The position numbers and the translations under genes were made by a program. The notes under the pieces are model-generated. The model was not told where the DNA came from and searched no databases. It was given only the letters and a program-made list of their open reading frames with translations. Positions 26,966-36,079 of a stretch of DNA of 64,000 nt are shown here, piece after piece (within the stretch, counting starts at the first letter, position 1; each line of letters opens with the position of its first letter). The DNA comes from Thermoproteota archaeon (GTDB lineage: Archaea; Korarchaeota; Korarchaeia; Korarchaeales; Korarchaeaceae): contig JAOZGC010000003.1 of the NCBI GenBank assembly GCA_027491915.1, positions 1 through 64,000 of the forward strand. The letters are read 5' to 3'.

Positions 26966-28201
26966 GTGGCGGGGGGGTTCGGCTTGGGCCGTTCTTTCAG
27001 GGAATACGAGTTCAAGAAGTTGCTGAGAGAGCTGGGAAGTAAGAAGGGCAGGGGAACCGAGCTGATATCCCTCTACGTCCCACCGGGGAGGAACGTGTAC
27101 GACGTGGTAAAGTACCTGAGGCAAGAGTACGACCAGGCCGGGAACATAAAGGACAAGCTGACCAGGAAGAACGTCCAGGGGGCCATAGAGAGCATAATAC
27201 AGAGGCTAAAACTCTACCGAAAGACCCCCCCAAACGGCCTAGTCGTGTTCTGCGGGGCCATACCGCGGGGGGCTGACCGCGGGACAGAGAAGATAGAGAT
27301 ATACGTCATAGAGCCGCCCGAGCCAGTCCCCTTCTTCAAATACGTCTGCGATCACGAGTTCTTCTTGGATCCCCTGGAGGATATGGTCAGGGAGAAGGCG
27401 GCCTACGGCCTCATAGTGATGGACAGAGGGGGGGCCGTCCTGGCCGTCCTGAGGGGGGCCAACTACAAGATAGTGGACAGGGTTGGCTCCGACATCCCCC
27501 CTAAACACAGCGCGGGCGGGCAGTCTCAGAGGAGATTTGAGAGGATAAGGGAGGAGAGGGTCCACGACTTCTTCAAGAGGCTGGGGGCCAGGGCGACCAA
27601 GGCCTTCCTGCCCCTCATGCCGGAGCTGAGGGGCATAATAATAGGAGGTCCCGGAGACGCCAGGGAGAGGTTCCAGGAGGGGAACTTCCTGCACTACGAG
27701 CTTCAGAAGAAGGTGATAGCCAACGTCCCCCTTTCATACACCGAGGAGCAGGGGGTAAGAGAGCTGATCATGAGGGCCCAGGACCTTCTGAGGGAGGTCT
27801 CCCTCTTCGAGGAGAGGGAGGCGGTCGGCGAGGTCTTCTCCCTGCTGGCCAAGAATCCGGACATGGTGGTCTACGGTATCGGGGAGGTCCACCGGGCGCT
27901 CGTCGCCGGGACTGTGGCCAAACTCCTGATGCTCGAGGACATGGACGAGCGCTACACCCTCAGGAGGTGCTCCTCCTGTGGCCGAGGGTACCTGCTCAGG
28001 GAGGCCCCCCCCGAGTGGACCTGTCCCGATTGCGGCTCCAGCGATTACTCTGACGAGGAGGTTTCCCTGATAGACTACCTGGGAGAGTTGGCCGAACGGA
28101 CCGGGACAGACGTCCTTATACTCACGCCGGGGACCGAGTGGGGCGAGCAGCTGAGGGCGCTGGGCGGGATCGTGGGCATCCTCAGGTACAGGAGCTATTA
28201 G
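26966..28201 (+). CDS. prf1: Peptide chain release factor aRF1 (start 26966 or 26984)
   Basis: GRGTELISLYVP, NIKD, Y.CD..F, GGQS..RF. Confidence 0.96.
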   Translation: MAGGFGLGRSFREYEFKKLLRELGSKKGRGTELISLYVPPGRNVYDVVKYLRQEYDQAGNIKDKLTRKNVQGAIESIIQRLKLYRKTPPNGLVVFCGAIPRGADRGTEKIEIYVIEPPEPVPFFKYVCDHEFFLDPLEDMVREKAAYGLIVMDRGGAVLAVLRGANYKIVDRVGSDIPPKHSAGGQSQRRFERIREERVHDFFKRLGARATKAFLPLMPELRGIIIGGPGDARERFQEGNFLHYELQKKVIANVPLSYTEEQGVRELIMRAQDLLREVSLFEEREAVGEVFSLLAKNPDMVVYGIGEVHRALVAGTVAKLLMLEDMDERYTLRRCSSCGRGYLLREAPPEWTCPDCGSSDYSDEEVSLIDYLGELAERTGTDVLILTPGTEWGEQLRALGGIVGILRYRSY

Positions 28202-28250
28202 CCCCCGGGACCAGAAACTAGATTTTTATGCCAGTCCGTCCGTTGGGCGC

Positions 28251-28343
28251 GGGCCGGTAGCGCAGCCGGTAGTCGGTCCAGGTCCGGCCGAACGCGCCCG
28301 CCTCGCACGCGGGAGGTCGGGGGTTCGAGTCCCCCCCGGTCCA
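28251..28343 (+). tRNA. tRNA-Ala(CGC) with 20-nt D-arm intron at about 22/23 (28273-28292)
   Basis: G3:U70, CCCGC CT CGC AC GCGGG; BHB CGGT AG|T CGG..CCG GCCG AA|C. Confidence 0.9.
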
Positions 28344-28381
28344 TCTCCGAAAAATCTATAATGGCCTAGTCCCACGTGCGT

Positions 28382-28476
28382 GGGCCCGTAGCTCAGCCTG
28401 GTTGGAGCGCCCGGCTGATAGCGGTCTCTGGCCGGTGGAGACCGGGAGGTCCCGGGTTCAAGTCCCGGCGGGCCCA
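28382..28476 (+). tRNA. tRNA-Ile(GAT) with 20-nt canonical intron (28421-28440)
   Basis: CCCGG CT GAT A|GCGGTCTCTGGCCGGTGGAG|A CCGGG. Confidence 0.92.
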
Positions 28477-28496
28477 TGGGATCCGAGGGTCGGGCC

Positions 28497-28880
28497 ATGA
28501 GAAAGATAATCTTGGACACCTCTTTCCTGTTGGCTTCGCTGGAGAAACCCGGCCCCGTGAGCTTCCGGGACCTGGAGGAGATCAGACCGGGATTTTCCCT
28601 CGTCATGCCAGCAGAGTGCTACGAGGAGCTGGTCGCCAAGGTAGGCAGCGCCAAGGCCTCGGATTTGATATCCAAACTATCCATTGAGGTGATCGAGGTG
28701 GGCGCCCAGACCTCCCCGGACGACGCCGTCGTCGCCCTGGCGCGCCGCACCCCGGGGGCCGCGGTCGCCACGCTCGACGTTGAGTTAAAAAACAGGCTCA
28801 GATCCGAGGGAATCCCGGTGATCTACCTGAGGTCCGGCAAGAGGCTGGAGACGGAGGGGCTGTTCCCATACGGGAGGTAG
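28497..28880 (+). CDS. PIN-domain protein (Fcf1/Utp24-like)
   Basis: IILDTSFL, DDAVV, VATLDVELK.RLR..GIPVIYLR; precedes rpoE. Confidence 0.8.
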   Translation: MRKIILDTSFLLASLEKPGPVSFRDLEEIRPGFSLVMPAECYEELVAKVGSAKASDLISKLSIEVIEVGAQTSPDDAVVALARRTPGAAVATLDVELKNRLRSEGIPVIYLRSGKRLETEGLFPYGR

Positions 28881-28886
28881 TGAGCG

Positions 28887-29465
28887 TTGTACTACGTGGT
28901 GGAGATGAGCGACGTGGCCAGGCTCCCGCCTCAGATGATAGGCAGGGATCCCGCCGAAGTCGCGGAGGAGCAGATGAGGTCGAAGTACGTGGGTAGGTAC
29001 CTGGAGGACGCTGGCCTCGTGCTGGAGGTACTGGGGGTGAAGAGCCTCAGCCCCGGGCGAGTCATAATATCCAGCCCCTCCATATACTACAGGGTTGACT
29101 TCGAGGCCCTGACCTTCCTCCCAAAGAGAGAGGAGGTTATAGAGGGCGAGATAAAGGCCGTCTTGGACTACGGGGCGATGGTCACCATAGGTCCAATAGA
29201 CGGCTTCATCCACATCTCCCAGCTGGGGGACGACGTTTTCGTCTTGAGGAGCGGCGTCCTCCAAGGGCGGCGCACCAAGATGACCTTCAGGAGGGGCGAC
29301 GTCGTTAGGGCTAAGGTTAGCTCCGTCAGCGGGCCGAGACCGGCCGGGGTCCTCAGGGGAGAGCCCATAGTGAAGGTTGCCCTCAACTGCAGGACGCCAG
29401 GATTGGGCAAGGTTGGAGAGGGGGGACTGGAAGGTGCCGAGGCTAAAGGCGTGCAAGAGATGTAA
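28887..29465 (+). CDS. rpoE1: RNA polymerase subunit Rpo7 (E')
   Basis: EVIEGE, GPIDGFIHISQ, GDVVRAKV, PGLGK. Confidence 0.93.
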   Translation: MYYVVEMSDVARLPPQMIGRDPAEVAEEQMRSKYVGRYLEDAGLVLEVLGVKSLSPGRVIISSPSIYYRVDFEALTFLPKREEVIEGEIKAVLDYGAMVTIGPIDGFIHISQLGDDVFVLRSGVLQGRRTKMTFRRGDVVRAKVSSVSGPRPAGVLRGEPIVKVALNCRTPGLGKVGEGGLEGAEAKGVQEM

Positions 29466-29625
29466 GGCTCTGACTTCGAAGGAGGTCTGCCCCGTCTGTG
29501 GGTCTAGAGACCTCACCATCAACTGGGAGGGCCTGGTGGCCATAGTGGATCCCGTCAGATCGGAGCTGGCGAAGAGGTTGGGGATAGAGAGCTCCGGTCT
29601 CTACGCGCTCAGGGTCATGGAGTAG
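29434..29625 (+). CDS. spt4: Transcription elongation factor Spt4 (RpoE'')
   Basis: ACKRC, CPVCGS, W.G...DP..SE.AK.LGI...G.YAL. Confidence 0.93.
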   Translation: MPRLKACKRCKALTSKEVCPVCGSRDLTINWEGLVAIVDPVRSELAKRLGIESSGLYALRVME

Positions 29626-29676
29626 GGTGGGCGGTAGACGCACGTTTTATAATCCGGGTCTCGGTCGGATGGGCTG

Positions 29677-29997
29677 GTGGGGGATTTGAGCCCGAAGCTC
29701 ACGATAATCGAGCAGAAACCCAATGCCCTTCTGGGCAGGACGGAGGTGAAGGCCTCCCTGGAATACGAGGCTGGCACTCCCACCAGGGCCGAGGTCAGGA
29801 GGATGCTGGCGGGTATCCTTAACTGCGGCGAATCCCTGGTATTCGTGAGGAAGATCTCACCCGATTATGGGAGGAGGGCGGCTAAGGTCTTTGCGGTCGT
29901 CTACTCAAGCAGGGCGAGGGCCCTTGAGATCGAACCGGATCACATAATCGCCAGGAACGAGGGGGTGAGGGATGTTGGGGAAGCACAAGGTGGTTAG
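29677..29997 (+). CDS. rps24e: 30S ribosomal protein S24e
   Basis: N.LLGR.E, TPTR, VY.S......EP.HII.RN. Confidence 0.9.
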   Translation: MGDLSPKLTIIEQKPNALLGRTEVKASLEYEAGTPTRAEVRRMLAGILNCGESLVFVRKISPDYGRRAAKVFAVVYSSRARALEIEPDHIIARNEGVRDVGEAQGG

Positions 29998-30139
29998 GGT
30001 GTCCGACTACTACGAGATATCGGAGGGGAAGATCGTCAGGAAGAAGAGGATATGTCCCAGGTGCGGAGCCTTCATGGCGGACCATCGGGACCGGTGGTCC
30101 TGCGGCAGGTGCGGCTACACCGAATTTAAGAAGGGCTAG
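29972..30139 (+). CDS. rps27ae: 30S ribosomal protein S27ae (not in ORF track)
   Basis: Translated by hand: [38 protein letters not shown]. Confidence 0.92.
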   Translation: MLGKHKVVRVSDYYEISEGKIVRKKRICPRCGAFMADHRDRWSCGRCGYTEFKKG

Positions 30140-30156
30140 GGGGTCCTCCTCACGGT

Positions 30157-30232
30157 GGGCCCGTAGCTCAGCACGGATCAGAGCGGCGGCCTCCGGAGCC
30201 GCAGGTCGCGGGTTCGAATCCCGCCGGGCCCG
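30157..30232 (+). tRNA. tRNA-Arg(CCG)
   Basis: GCGGC CT CCG GA GCCGC; followed by T-run. Confidence 0.95.
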
Positions 30233-30308
30233 CTTTTTGGCGGCCCAATCCCGCTGGCCGAGCATAGCGCCACAACGGTTATTAATGGCGTCCGTCAACT
30301 GTGGACGC

Positions 30309-30385
30309 GCGGCCGTGGTCTAGCCTGGACAGGATGGGGGCCCCCCAAGCCCCAGACCCGGGTTCAAGTCCCGGCGGCCGCACCA
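30309..30385 (+). tRNA. tRNA-Gly(CCC), with C at position 33
   Basis: GCGGCCG/CGGCCGC, GGGGC CC CCC AA GCCCC, CCA encoded. Confidence 0.9.
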
Positions 30386-30389
30386 CATC

Positions 30390-30464
30390 GGCCGGGGTGG
30401 GGTAGCGGCATCCTGGGGGCCTGTGGAGCCCTCGTCGCGGGTTCGAATCCCGCCCCCGGCCCCA
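30390..30464 (+). tRNA. tRNA-His(GTG), G-1 encoded
   Basis: GGGGC CT GTG GA GCCCT; C73 plus CCA. Confidence 0.93.
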
Positions 30465-30505
30465 CCCTCCTTTTGGGATGGCGTCTTACTTCCTCCTTCT
30501 GCCTT

Positions 30506-30581
30506 TGGTGGACCCGGCGGGACTCGAACCCGCGGCCTCCGGCTTGCAAAGCCGGCGCTCCACCACCTGAGCTACGGGCCC
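30506..30581 (-). tRNA. tRNA-Ala(TGC)
   Basis: G3:U70, CCGGC TT TGC AA GCCGG, CCA encoded. Confidence 0.95.
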
Positions 30582-30676
30582 ACGTCTAATTTAGTGAGGC
30601 GCATCGTCGCCCGCGACATCCTATATTAATATACACGGGTAGATGTGGGGCCGCGAGTCCACGGGGTGATATCGGG

Positions 30677-31870
30677 GTGAAGTCTCTGATCAGGAAGGCG
30701 GCGGTGGAGCCGGCCGAGGGGACCCCCAGTAAGGTGGCCCCCGAGGATGAGACGCTGAAGGAGCTGATAGAGGAGGTAAAAGCCAAGATAATGATAATGG
30801 GAGTGGGAGGCGCCGGAAGCAATACGGTGACGAGGCTCAACGCCCTTGGCATAGAGGACGTCGTCACCGTGGCCGCGAACACCGACGGTCAACACCTACT
30901 GGAGTCCGTGGCCGACAGGAAGATCCTTTTGGGCAGGGAACTGTGCGGCGGAAACGGCGCCGGCGGCGACCCGAAGATAGGACAAGAGGCCGCCAAGGAG
31001 AGCGAGAACGAGCTGAGGGAACTGCTCGAAGGAACTGACATACTCTTCCTCATGGCGGGCCTGGGCGGCGGGACGGGGACCGGGGGCGCCCCGGTCATTG
31101 CTAACCTGGCTAGGGAAATGGGGGCGGTGGTCGTCTCCATAGTGACCCTCCCGTTCTCCGCAGAAGGCCGGAGGAAGAAGGAGATAGCCGAGTCAGGTCT
31201 GGAGGAGCTGTCCAACTCCTCCGACACGATCGTCGTGATAAACAACGACAGGATACTTGAGGTGGCCAGTGATCTCCCTCTGCATCAGGCCTTCCTCGTC
31301 TCGGACGAGGTTATGGCGAGGGCGGTCAAGGGGATAGTTGAGCTGGTGACCAAGCCTGGACTGATAAACGTCGATCTGGCAGACCTGCGGTCGGTGCTGG
31401 AGAGGGGAGGCCCGGCCATCATAGCCTTCGGAGAGAGCGATGGGGAGAACAGGGCCACCGAGGCCGTGGAGGACGCCCTGGGGAATCCCCTATTGGAGGC
31501 CGACATATCCGGGGGGACCGCGGCCGTGGTCAACATCTCGTGCGGCTCGGATTTCTCCCTGCATGAGATGGAGCAGGTGGTAGAGACGGTGGTCGGCGTT
31601 CTGGAGCCGGACGCCAACGTCATATGGGGGGCAAGGATAGACGAGGATCTCAGGGGAACCGTCCAGGTCCTTCTTGTGATAACCGGCGTGTCAAGTCCAT
31701 ATCTCCCCGGGATCGAGAGGGCTCCCAAGGCCGCGCCGGCCGTCGAGACGGCAAAACCCATAGCGATCGAGAGATCGGTCAGGCCGACCCTCAGGCGGAG
31801 GGAGAGGGGGGCCGCGAGGTCCCCGTCCGGCGAGGACATCTTGGGAGAGCTGGGCATAGAGGGGCTGTGA
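30677..31870 (+). CDS. ftsZ: Cell division protein FtsZ
   Basis: GVGGAGSN, NTD, GGGTGTG, INVDLAD; ftsZ-secE-spt5-rpl11 context. Confidence 0.97.
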   Translation: MKSLIRKAAVEPAEGTPSKVAPEDETLKELIEEVKAKIMIMGVGGAGSNTVTRLNALGIEDVVTVAANTDGQHLLESVADRKILLGRELCGGNGAGGDPKIGQEAAKESENELRELLEGTDILFLMAGLGGGTGTGGAPVIANLAREMGAVVVSIVTLPFSAEGRRKKEIAESGLEELSNSSDTIVVINNDRILEVASDLPLHQAFLVSDEVMARAVKGIVELVTKPGLINVDLADLRSVLERGGPAIIAFGESDGENRATEAVEDALGNPLLEADISGGTAAVVNISCGSDFSLHEMEQVVETVVGVLEPDANVIWGARIDEDLRGTVQVLLVITGVSSPYLPGIERAPKAAPAVETAKPIAIERSVRPTLRRRERGAARSPSGEDILGELGIEGL

Positions 31871-31882
31871 GGGGTGTCCGCC

Positions 31883-32053
31883 TTGGACCTTGGGGGGTGG
31901 GTGGAGGACCTCAAGAGGACGCTGAAGGTCGCCAGGAAGCCGGGATGGGAAGACCTCTGGACTACCTTCAAGATAACCTTCCTGGGCTTCTCCGTGGTCG
32001 GCCTGGTGGGTTTCGTCATACAGCTGATCGCGGCGGTGATTCCCAGGGGGTGA
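31883..32053 (+). CDS. secE: Protein translocase SecE/Sec61-gamma (not in ORF track)
   Basis: RTLKVARKPGWEDLWTTFKITFLGFSVVGLVGFVI. Confidence 0.9.
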   Translation: MDLGGWVEDLKRTLKVARKPGWEDLWTTFKITFLGFSVVGLVGFVIQLIAAVIPRG

Positions 32054-32057
32054 TCTC

Positions 32058-32585
32058 ACGTCGAAGCCGAGGTCCGCCATCTTCTTCACCGTAAAGGTCC
32101 CAGCGGGGCAGGAGTTCGGCATCACGAGGCTCTTGGTGAAGAGGGCCGAGTACGAGGGGCTCGGGATAAAATCGATAATATCCGTGCCCAGCGTGAGGGG
32201 CTACCTCTTCGTCGAGGCCGACAGGGAATTCGACGTTCGCCGCCTCGTTTCGGCCGTTTCCAGGGCCAAGCTCCTACCGGGAAGTCCGGTTTCAATGGAG
32301 GACATAGAGACCATGCTCAGGAGGGAGCCGGAGAAGATAGAGCTCGAGACCGGGGACATAGTGAAGATTATAAAAGGGAATTTCAAGGGCTACCGGGCCC
32401 TGGTGGTGTCTCCCCCGACCGGGGGGAAGGGCTTCGTCACGGCGAAGCTGCTGGACATAAACAGGGACTGGGAGGTTAGATTACCCGTGGACAGCATACA
32501 GCTGGAGAAGAAGGCCGGGGAGGTAGAAGGAGAGGAAGAGTCGGAGGAAGAGGTGTGGTACTCTGGACTGGGAGAGTCGGCTTGA
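32058..32585 (+). CDS. spt5: Transcription elongation factor Spt5/NusG (true start unclear)
   Basis: NGN FFTVKVPAGQE...GYLFVEA; KOW GDIVKIIKGNFKG. Confidence 0.88.
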   Translation, partial: TSKPRSAIFFTVKVPAGQEFGITRLLVKRAEYEGLGIKSIISVPSVRGYLFVEADREFDVRRLVSAVSRAKLLPGSPVSMEDIETMLRREPEKIELETGDIVKIIKGNFKGYRALVVSPPTGGKGFVTAKLLDINRDWEVRLPVDSIQLEKKAGEVEGEEESEEEVWYSGLGESA

Positions 32586-32605
32586 TCTGAGGGAGGGCTC
32601 CGGAG

Positions 32606-33085
32606 GTGGCGAAGAAGATCGTCAAGGTGTTGGTCGTCGGAGGCCGAGCTAATCCGGGTCCCCCACTGGGGCCTGCACTGGGGGGGCTCGGGCTGGACCT
32701 GGGGAGGGTGGTCGGCGAGATAAACAAGAAGACCGCGGACTACGAGGGGATGAAGGTCCCGGTCGAGATCGAGGTCGACCTGTCCACCAGGGAGTACGAA
32801 ATAAGGGTTGGACTCCCGCCGACCTCGATGCTCCTGGTAAAGGAGGCTATGGCAGAGAAGGGATCCGGCGAGCCGGGAACCAAGTCGGTCGGAGACGTCA
32901 GCATGGAGAAGGTGGTCGAGATAGCGAGGCGGAAGTTGGAGTCCATGAACACCACGAGCCTCAAGTCGGCGGTTAAGTCGATCTTGGGTACTGCCGTCAG
33001 CGCGGGGATCACCGTGGAGGGCAGGAACCCCAGAGAGATCATGGCCGAGGTGGACGAGGGCTGGTGGGACGATCTCCTGAGGTGA
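32606..33085 (+). CDS. rpl11: 50S ribosomal protein L11 (uL11)
   Basis: GGRANPGPPLGPALG, GTAVSAGI. Confidence 0.96.
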   Translation: MAKKIVKVLVVGGRANPGPPLGPALGGLGLDLGRVVGEINKKTADYEGMKVPVEIEVDLSTREYEIRVGLPPTSMLLVKEAMAEKGSGEPGTKSVGDVSMEKVVEIARRKLESMNTTSLKSAVKSILGTAVSAGITVEGRNPREIMAEVDEGWWDDLLR

Positions 33086-33090
33086 TATCC

Positions 33091-33789
33091 TTGTCGGCCA
33101 GGGCCAAGACGACTTTCGAGAAGGGCCTGATCGAGGCTGTCAGAGAGGCGATCGAGTCGGCTCCCAAGAGGAGATTCGTCGAGTCTGTCGACCTGACCGT
33201 CGTGCTCCGGAACGTGGATCTGAAGAGGAACCCCAACCTGAAACTGAATGAAGTCGTGACGCTTCCCAACCCGCCCAAGAATAAGGCGCCCAAGGTGGCG
33301 GTCATTGGGAGGGGGGACTTCTCCTTGAAGGCCAGGGAAGCCGGGGCGGACATCGTGTTGGAGCCGGAGGATGTGGAGAGGATCGCGAAGGATAAGAGGG
33401 AGCTCAAGAAACTCGCCTCCAGGTTCGACTTCTTCGTGAGCCAGGCGGACCTGATACCCAGGCTGGCCAGGTTCCTGGGGCCCGTCCTCGGTCCCAGAAA
33501 CAAGATGCCAATGCCTCTACCGGCTAATCAAGTAGACCGTCTCCCTGAGATCATATCTAAACTCAGGAGATCTGTTAGGATAAGGATGAGGGATCAGCCC
33601 ATGTTCCACGTCAAGGTGGGATCCGCGGACATGACCCCCGAGGAGATTGCTGAAAATGCCGAGGCCGTGATCTCGGCAGTCGAGAAGAAATACGGCGACC
33701 TGAACTACATCGAGAGCATTTATGTGAAGACCACCATGGGACCGGCCGTGAGCGTCCGGTTCACGCCGGGGGCGAGGCGCGGGAGGTGA
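33091..33789 (+). CDS. rpl1: 50S ribosomal protein L1 (uL1)
   Basis: RRFVESVDL, LGPRNKMP, YVKTTMGP. Confidence 0.96.
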   Translation: MSARAKTTFEKGLIEAVREAIESAPKRRFVESVDLTVVLRNVDLKRNPNLKLNEVVTLPNPPKNKAPKVAVIGRGDFSLKAREAGADIVLEPEDVERIAKDKRELKKLASRFDFFVSQADLIPRLARFLGPVLGPRNKMPMPLPANQVDRLPEIISKLRRSVRIRMRDQPMFHVKVGSADMTPEEIAENAEAVISAVEKKYGDLNYIESIYVKTTMGPAVSVRFTPGARRGR

Positions 33790-34595
33790 CTCCATTGCCC
33801 GAGGTGGTGAGGACCGTCCGGGAAACCCCCAGACAGAGAAAGGCCAGGATAATAGGGAGAATAAGGGAGCTCGCTGGGAAATATCCCGTCATAATGTTTG
33901 CAGACTTTGGGGGGATGCCATCTTCTGACTTCCAGAGGCTAAGGAAGCTCTTGGCCGGCCGAGCCAAGATCATGGTCGCCAAGAAGAGGATAGCCAGGGT
34001 GGCCCTCTCGGAGATGGACCGCCCAGGAATGGACAGACTGCTGGACGCGATTCCCGGTCAGCTGGCCATAATATTCACGGAAGAACCGCCTGGGCGGATA
34101 TTCAGGGTGGTCTCTAACTTTCACGCGGAGGTTCCCATAAAGCCCGGCCAGGAGGCCCAGGAGGACGTGGTCATACCAGCTGGGCCGACCGACCTGCCGC
34201 CCGGCCCAGCCCTGTCGGACCTCAAGGCCCTGGACATCCCCACCAAGATCCAGGGCGGAAAGATAGCTGTGACCAAGAGGATAACCATCCTAAAAAAGGG
34301 AGAGAAGGCCTCTCAGCAGGTGGCCGACGTCCTGAAACTCCTGGGAATAAGGCCAATTCGGGTGAGCTTGAGGGTGACCGGGGCCCTGGACGGGACTGGC
34401 CTGTTCTACTCTCCAGAAATCTTAGCGATAGGCCCCGAGGAGGTATCCAAGTGGATCTCGCAGGCCGCGGCCTCGGCGTTGAGACTGGCCGTCGAGGCGG
34501 CCTTCGTGACCCCGGAGACCGTGGGACTCCTGCTGGCCCTCGCCAGGGCCAGGGCCTCAGCCCTGGCGGGGGCGGCCGGCTTCAATAAAACTTGA
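33786..34595 (+). CDS. rpl10: 50S ribosomal protein L10/P0 (short C-terminus)
   Basis: IPAGPTDLPPGP, PTKIQGGKI, LKKGEK, LGIRP. Confidence 0.92.
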   Translation: MTPLPEVVRTVRETPRQRKARIIGRIRELAGKYPVIMFADFGGMPSSDFQRLRKLLAGRAKIMVAKKRIARVALSEMDRPGMDRLLDAIPGQLAIIFTEEPPGRIFRVVSNFHAEVPIKPGQEAQEDVVIPAGPTDLPPGPALSDLKALDIPTKIQGGKIAVTKRITILKKGEKASQQVADVLKLLGIRPIRVSLRVTGALDGTGLFYSPEILAIGPEEVSKWISQAAASALRLAVEAAFVTPETVGLLLALARARASALAGAAGFNKT

Positions 34596-34597
34596 GC

Positions 34598-36079
34598 TCA
34601 ACCGAGGATCTCCCTCAGGACTCTGGGGATCATCTTCAAGACGTCTGAGGCGGTCATGGAGTAAGAGAGCTCAGCCAGGGCCAGGTCTCCAGCCCGCCCA
34701 ACCAAGAAGGCCCCCGCCGCCGACGCGCGAATTGGATCTCCGCACTGGGCCATCAGACCGGCCACCGCTCCGGCCAAGACGTCGCCCGTTCCCCCAACCG
34801 TCATTCCTGGATTCCCGGTCAAGTTGAGCCTAGGCCATTCTTCCGGTCCCGGGGGGCACACCACGTCCACGTGACCCTTCAGCAGGACCGTGGCACCCAG
34901 CTCCCGGGCGCCCCTTAAGCAGACTCCCGCCCTCTCCCAGACGTCCTCCGGCGGCGTCGGGCCAAACATCCTGGAGAACTCGCCGGAGTGGGGTGTGACT
35001 ACCAGCTCTGGCCATCCCCCCACCCTGCCAACCTGCCTGAGCCCGTCCGCATCCACGACAGTCAATTTCCTTGCTTCTTTCAACATTTTAAGCAGCGCCC
35101 GGACCGCCCTCCCGGTTTCCTCGCGCGCCCCGAGTCCGGGTCCGACCACCACGGCGTCGGCCCTCTCAACCTCGGGTATCAACTCGTCCAGGTGGTCCGG
35201 GGTCAGGACTCCCCCGGGCAGGGGGAGGACTATCAGGTTTGGGTCCAGGGACTTCGCGGCGGCCGCCGCCGGGGACGGCGTTGCGAGGATCGCCAGGTCG
35301 GCGCCGGAGGCCAGCGCCGCCTTGGAAGCCAACGTCGGCGCGCCAGAGTACCTCTCGCTGCCGGCTATGATGAGAACCCTGCCGAAATCTCCCTTGTGAG
35401 ACCAGGGCTTCCTCTCGCCGAGCGCTACCCTCAGGTCCCCGGGGCCCGCCACGAACAGGGACTCCGGTGGGGCCCCGACATCGGCCACCACGACCTCTCC
35501 CGCCTCTCTCCTCTCGAGCCCCGACTTCGGACAGTGGAACGTTACGGTGACGTCCGCTCTGACGGCCTCGCCCAGGACCTCTCCGCTGAACGCATCTATC
35601 CCGGTTGGGACGTCGACCGCCACGATCTTGGTGCTGAAGTCGCGAAGTGAATTCAATATTTTTACTGCCTCGAGCACCCTCCCTCTGAGCCTCCCCAAGG
35701 CCCCCGTCCCGAGGAGGGCGTCCACCGCCAGATCCCACCCCAGATCCGGGTCGAAGGACGAGAGATCCTTCACCTCGACCGTCAGCATTCTCCTGAGCCT
35801 GGACAGGTTCTCGGCTGCCTCGGGGGTCTTAGGCTCCCCTATCAGAAAGACGTGGACGTCGGCTCCCAGGGCCGCCAGCCTCCTGGCGGCCACGAATCCG
35901 TCCCCTCCATTGTTTCCCCTTCCTGCAAACACGGCTATTCTCTTTTCGCGCGGATCCCCTCCGAGGAGGCGAACGACCTCTCCCGCCACCGCTCCCCCAG
36001 CGTTCTCCATGAGGGTCAGCCTGTCGATCCCCAGCCACTCGGAATTGTACTCGAGGGCCGTCAGGTCCTCTCTGCTCAG
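34598..36079 (-). CDS. nnr: Bifunctional NAD(P)HX epimerase/dehydratase (start CTG 36079 or ATG 36133)
   Basis: LMENAG, GNNGGDG, DALLGTG, DVPTG, SHKG, DADG, TPH.GEF, GGTGDVLAG. Confidence 0.93.
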   Translation of the reverse strand: MSREDLTALEYNSEWLGIDRLTLMENAGGAVAGEVVRLLGGDPREKRIAVFAGRGNNGGDGFVAARRLAALGADVHVFLIGEPKTPEAAENLSRLRRMLTVEVKDLSSFDPDLGWDLAVDALLGTGALGRLRGRVLEAVKILNSLRDFSTKIVAVDVPTGIDAFSGEVLGEAVRADVTVTFHCPKSGLERREAGEVVVADVGAPPESLFVAGPGDLRVALGERKPWSHKGDFGRVLIIAGSERYSGAPTLASKAALASGADLAILATPSPAAAAAKSLDPNLIVLPLPGGVLTPDHLDELIPEVERADAVVVGPGLGAREETGRAVRALLKMLKEARKLTVVDADGLRQVGRVGGWPELVVTPHSGEFSRMFGPTPPEDVWERAGVCLRGARELGATVLLKGHVDVVCPPGPEEWPRLNLTGNPGMTVGGTGDVLAGAVAGLMAQCGDPIRASAAGAFLVGRAGDLALAELSYSMTASDVLKMIPRVLREILG

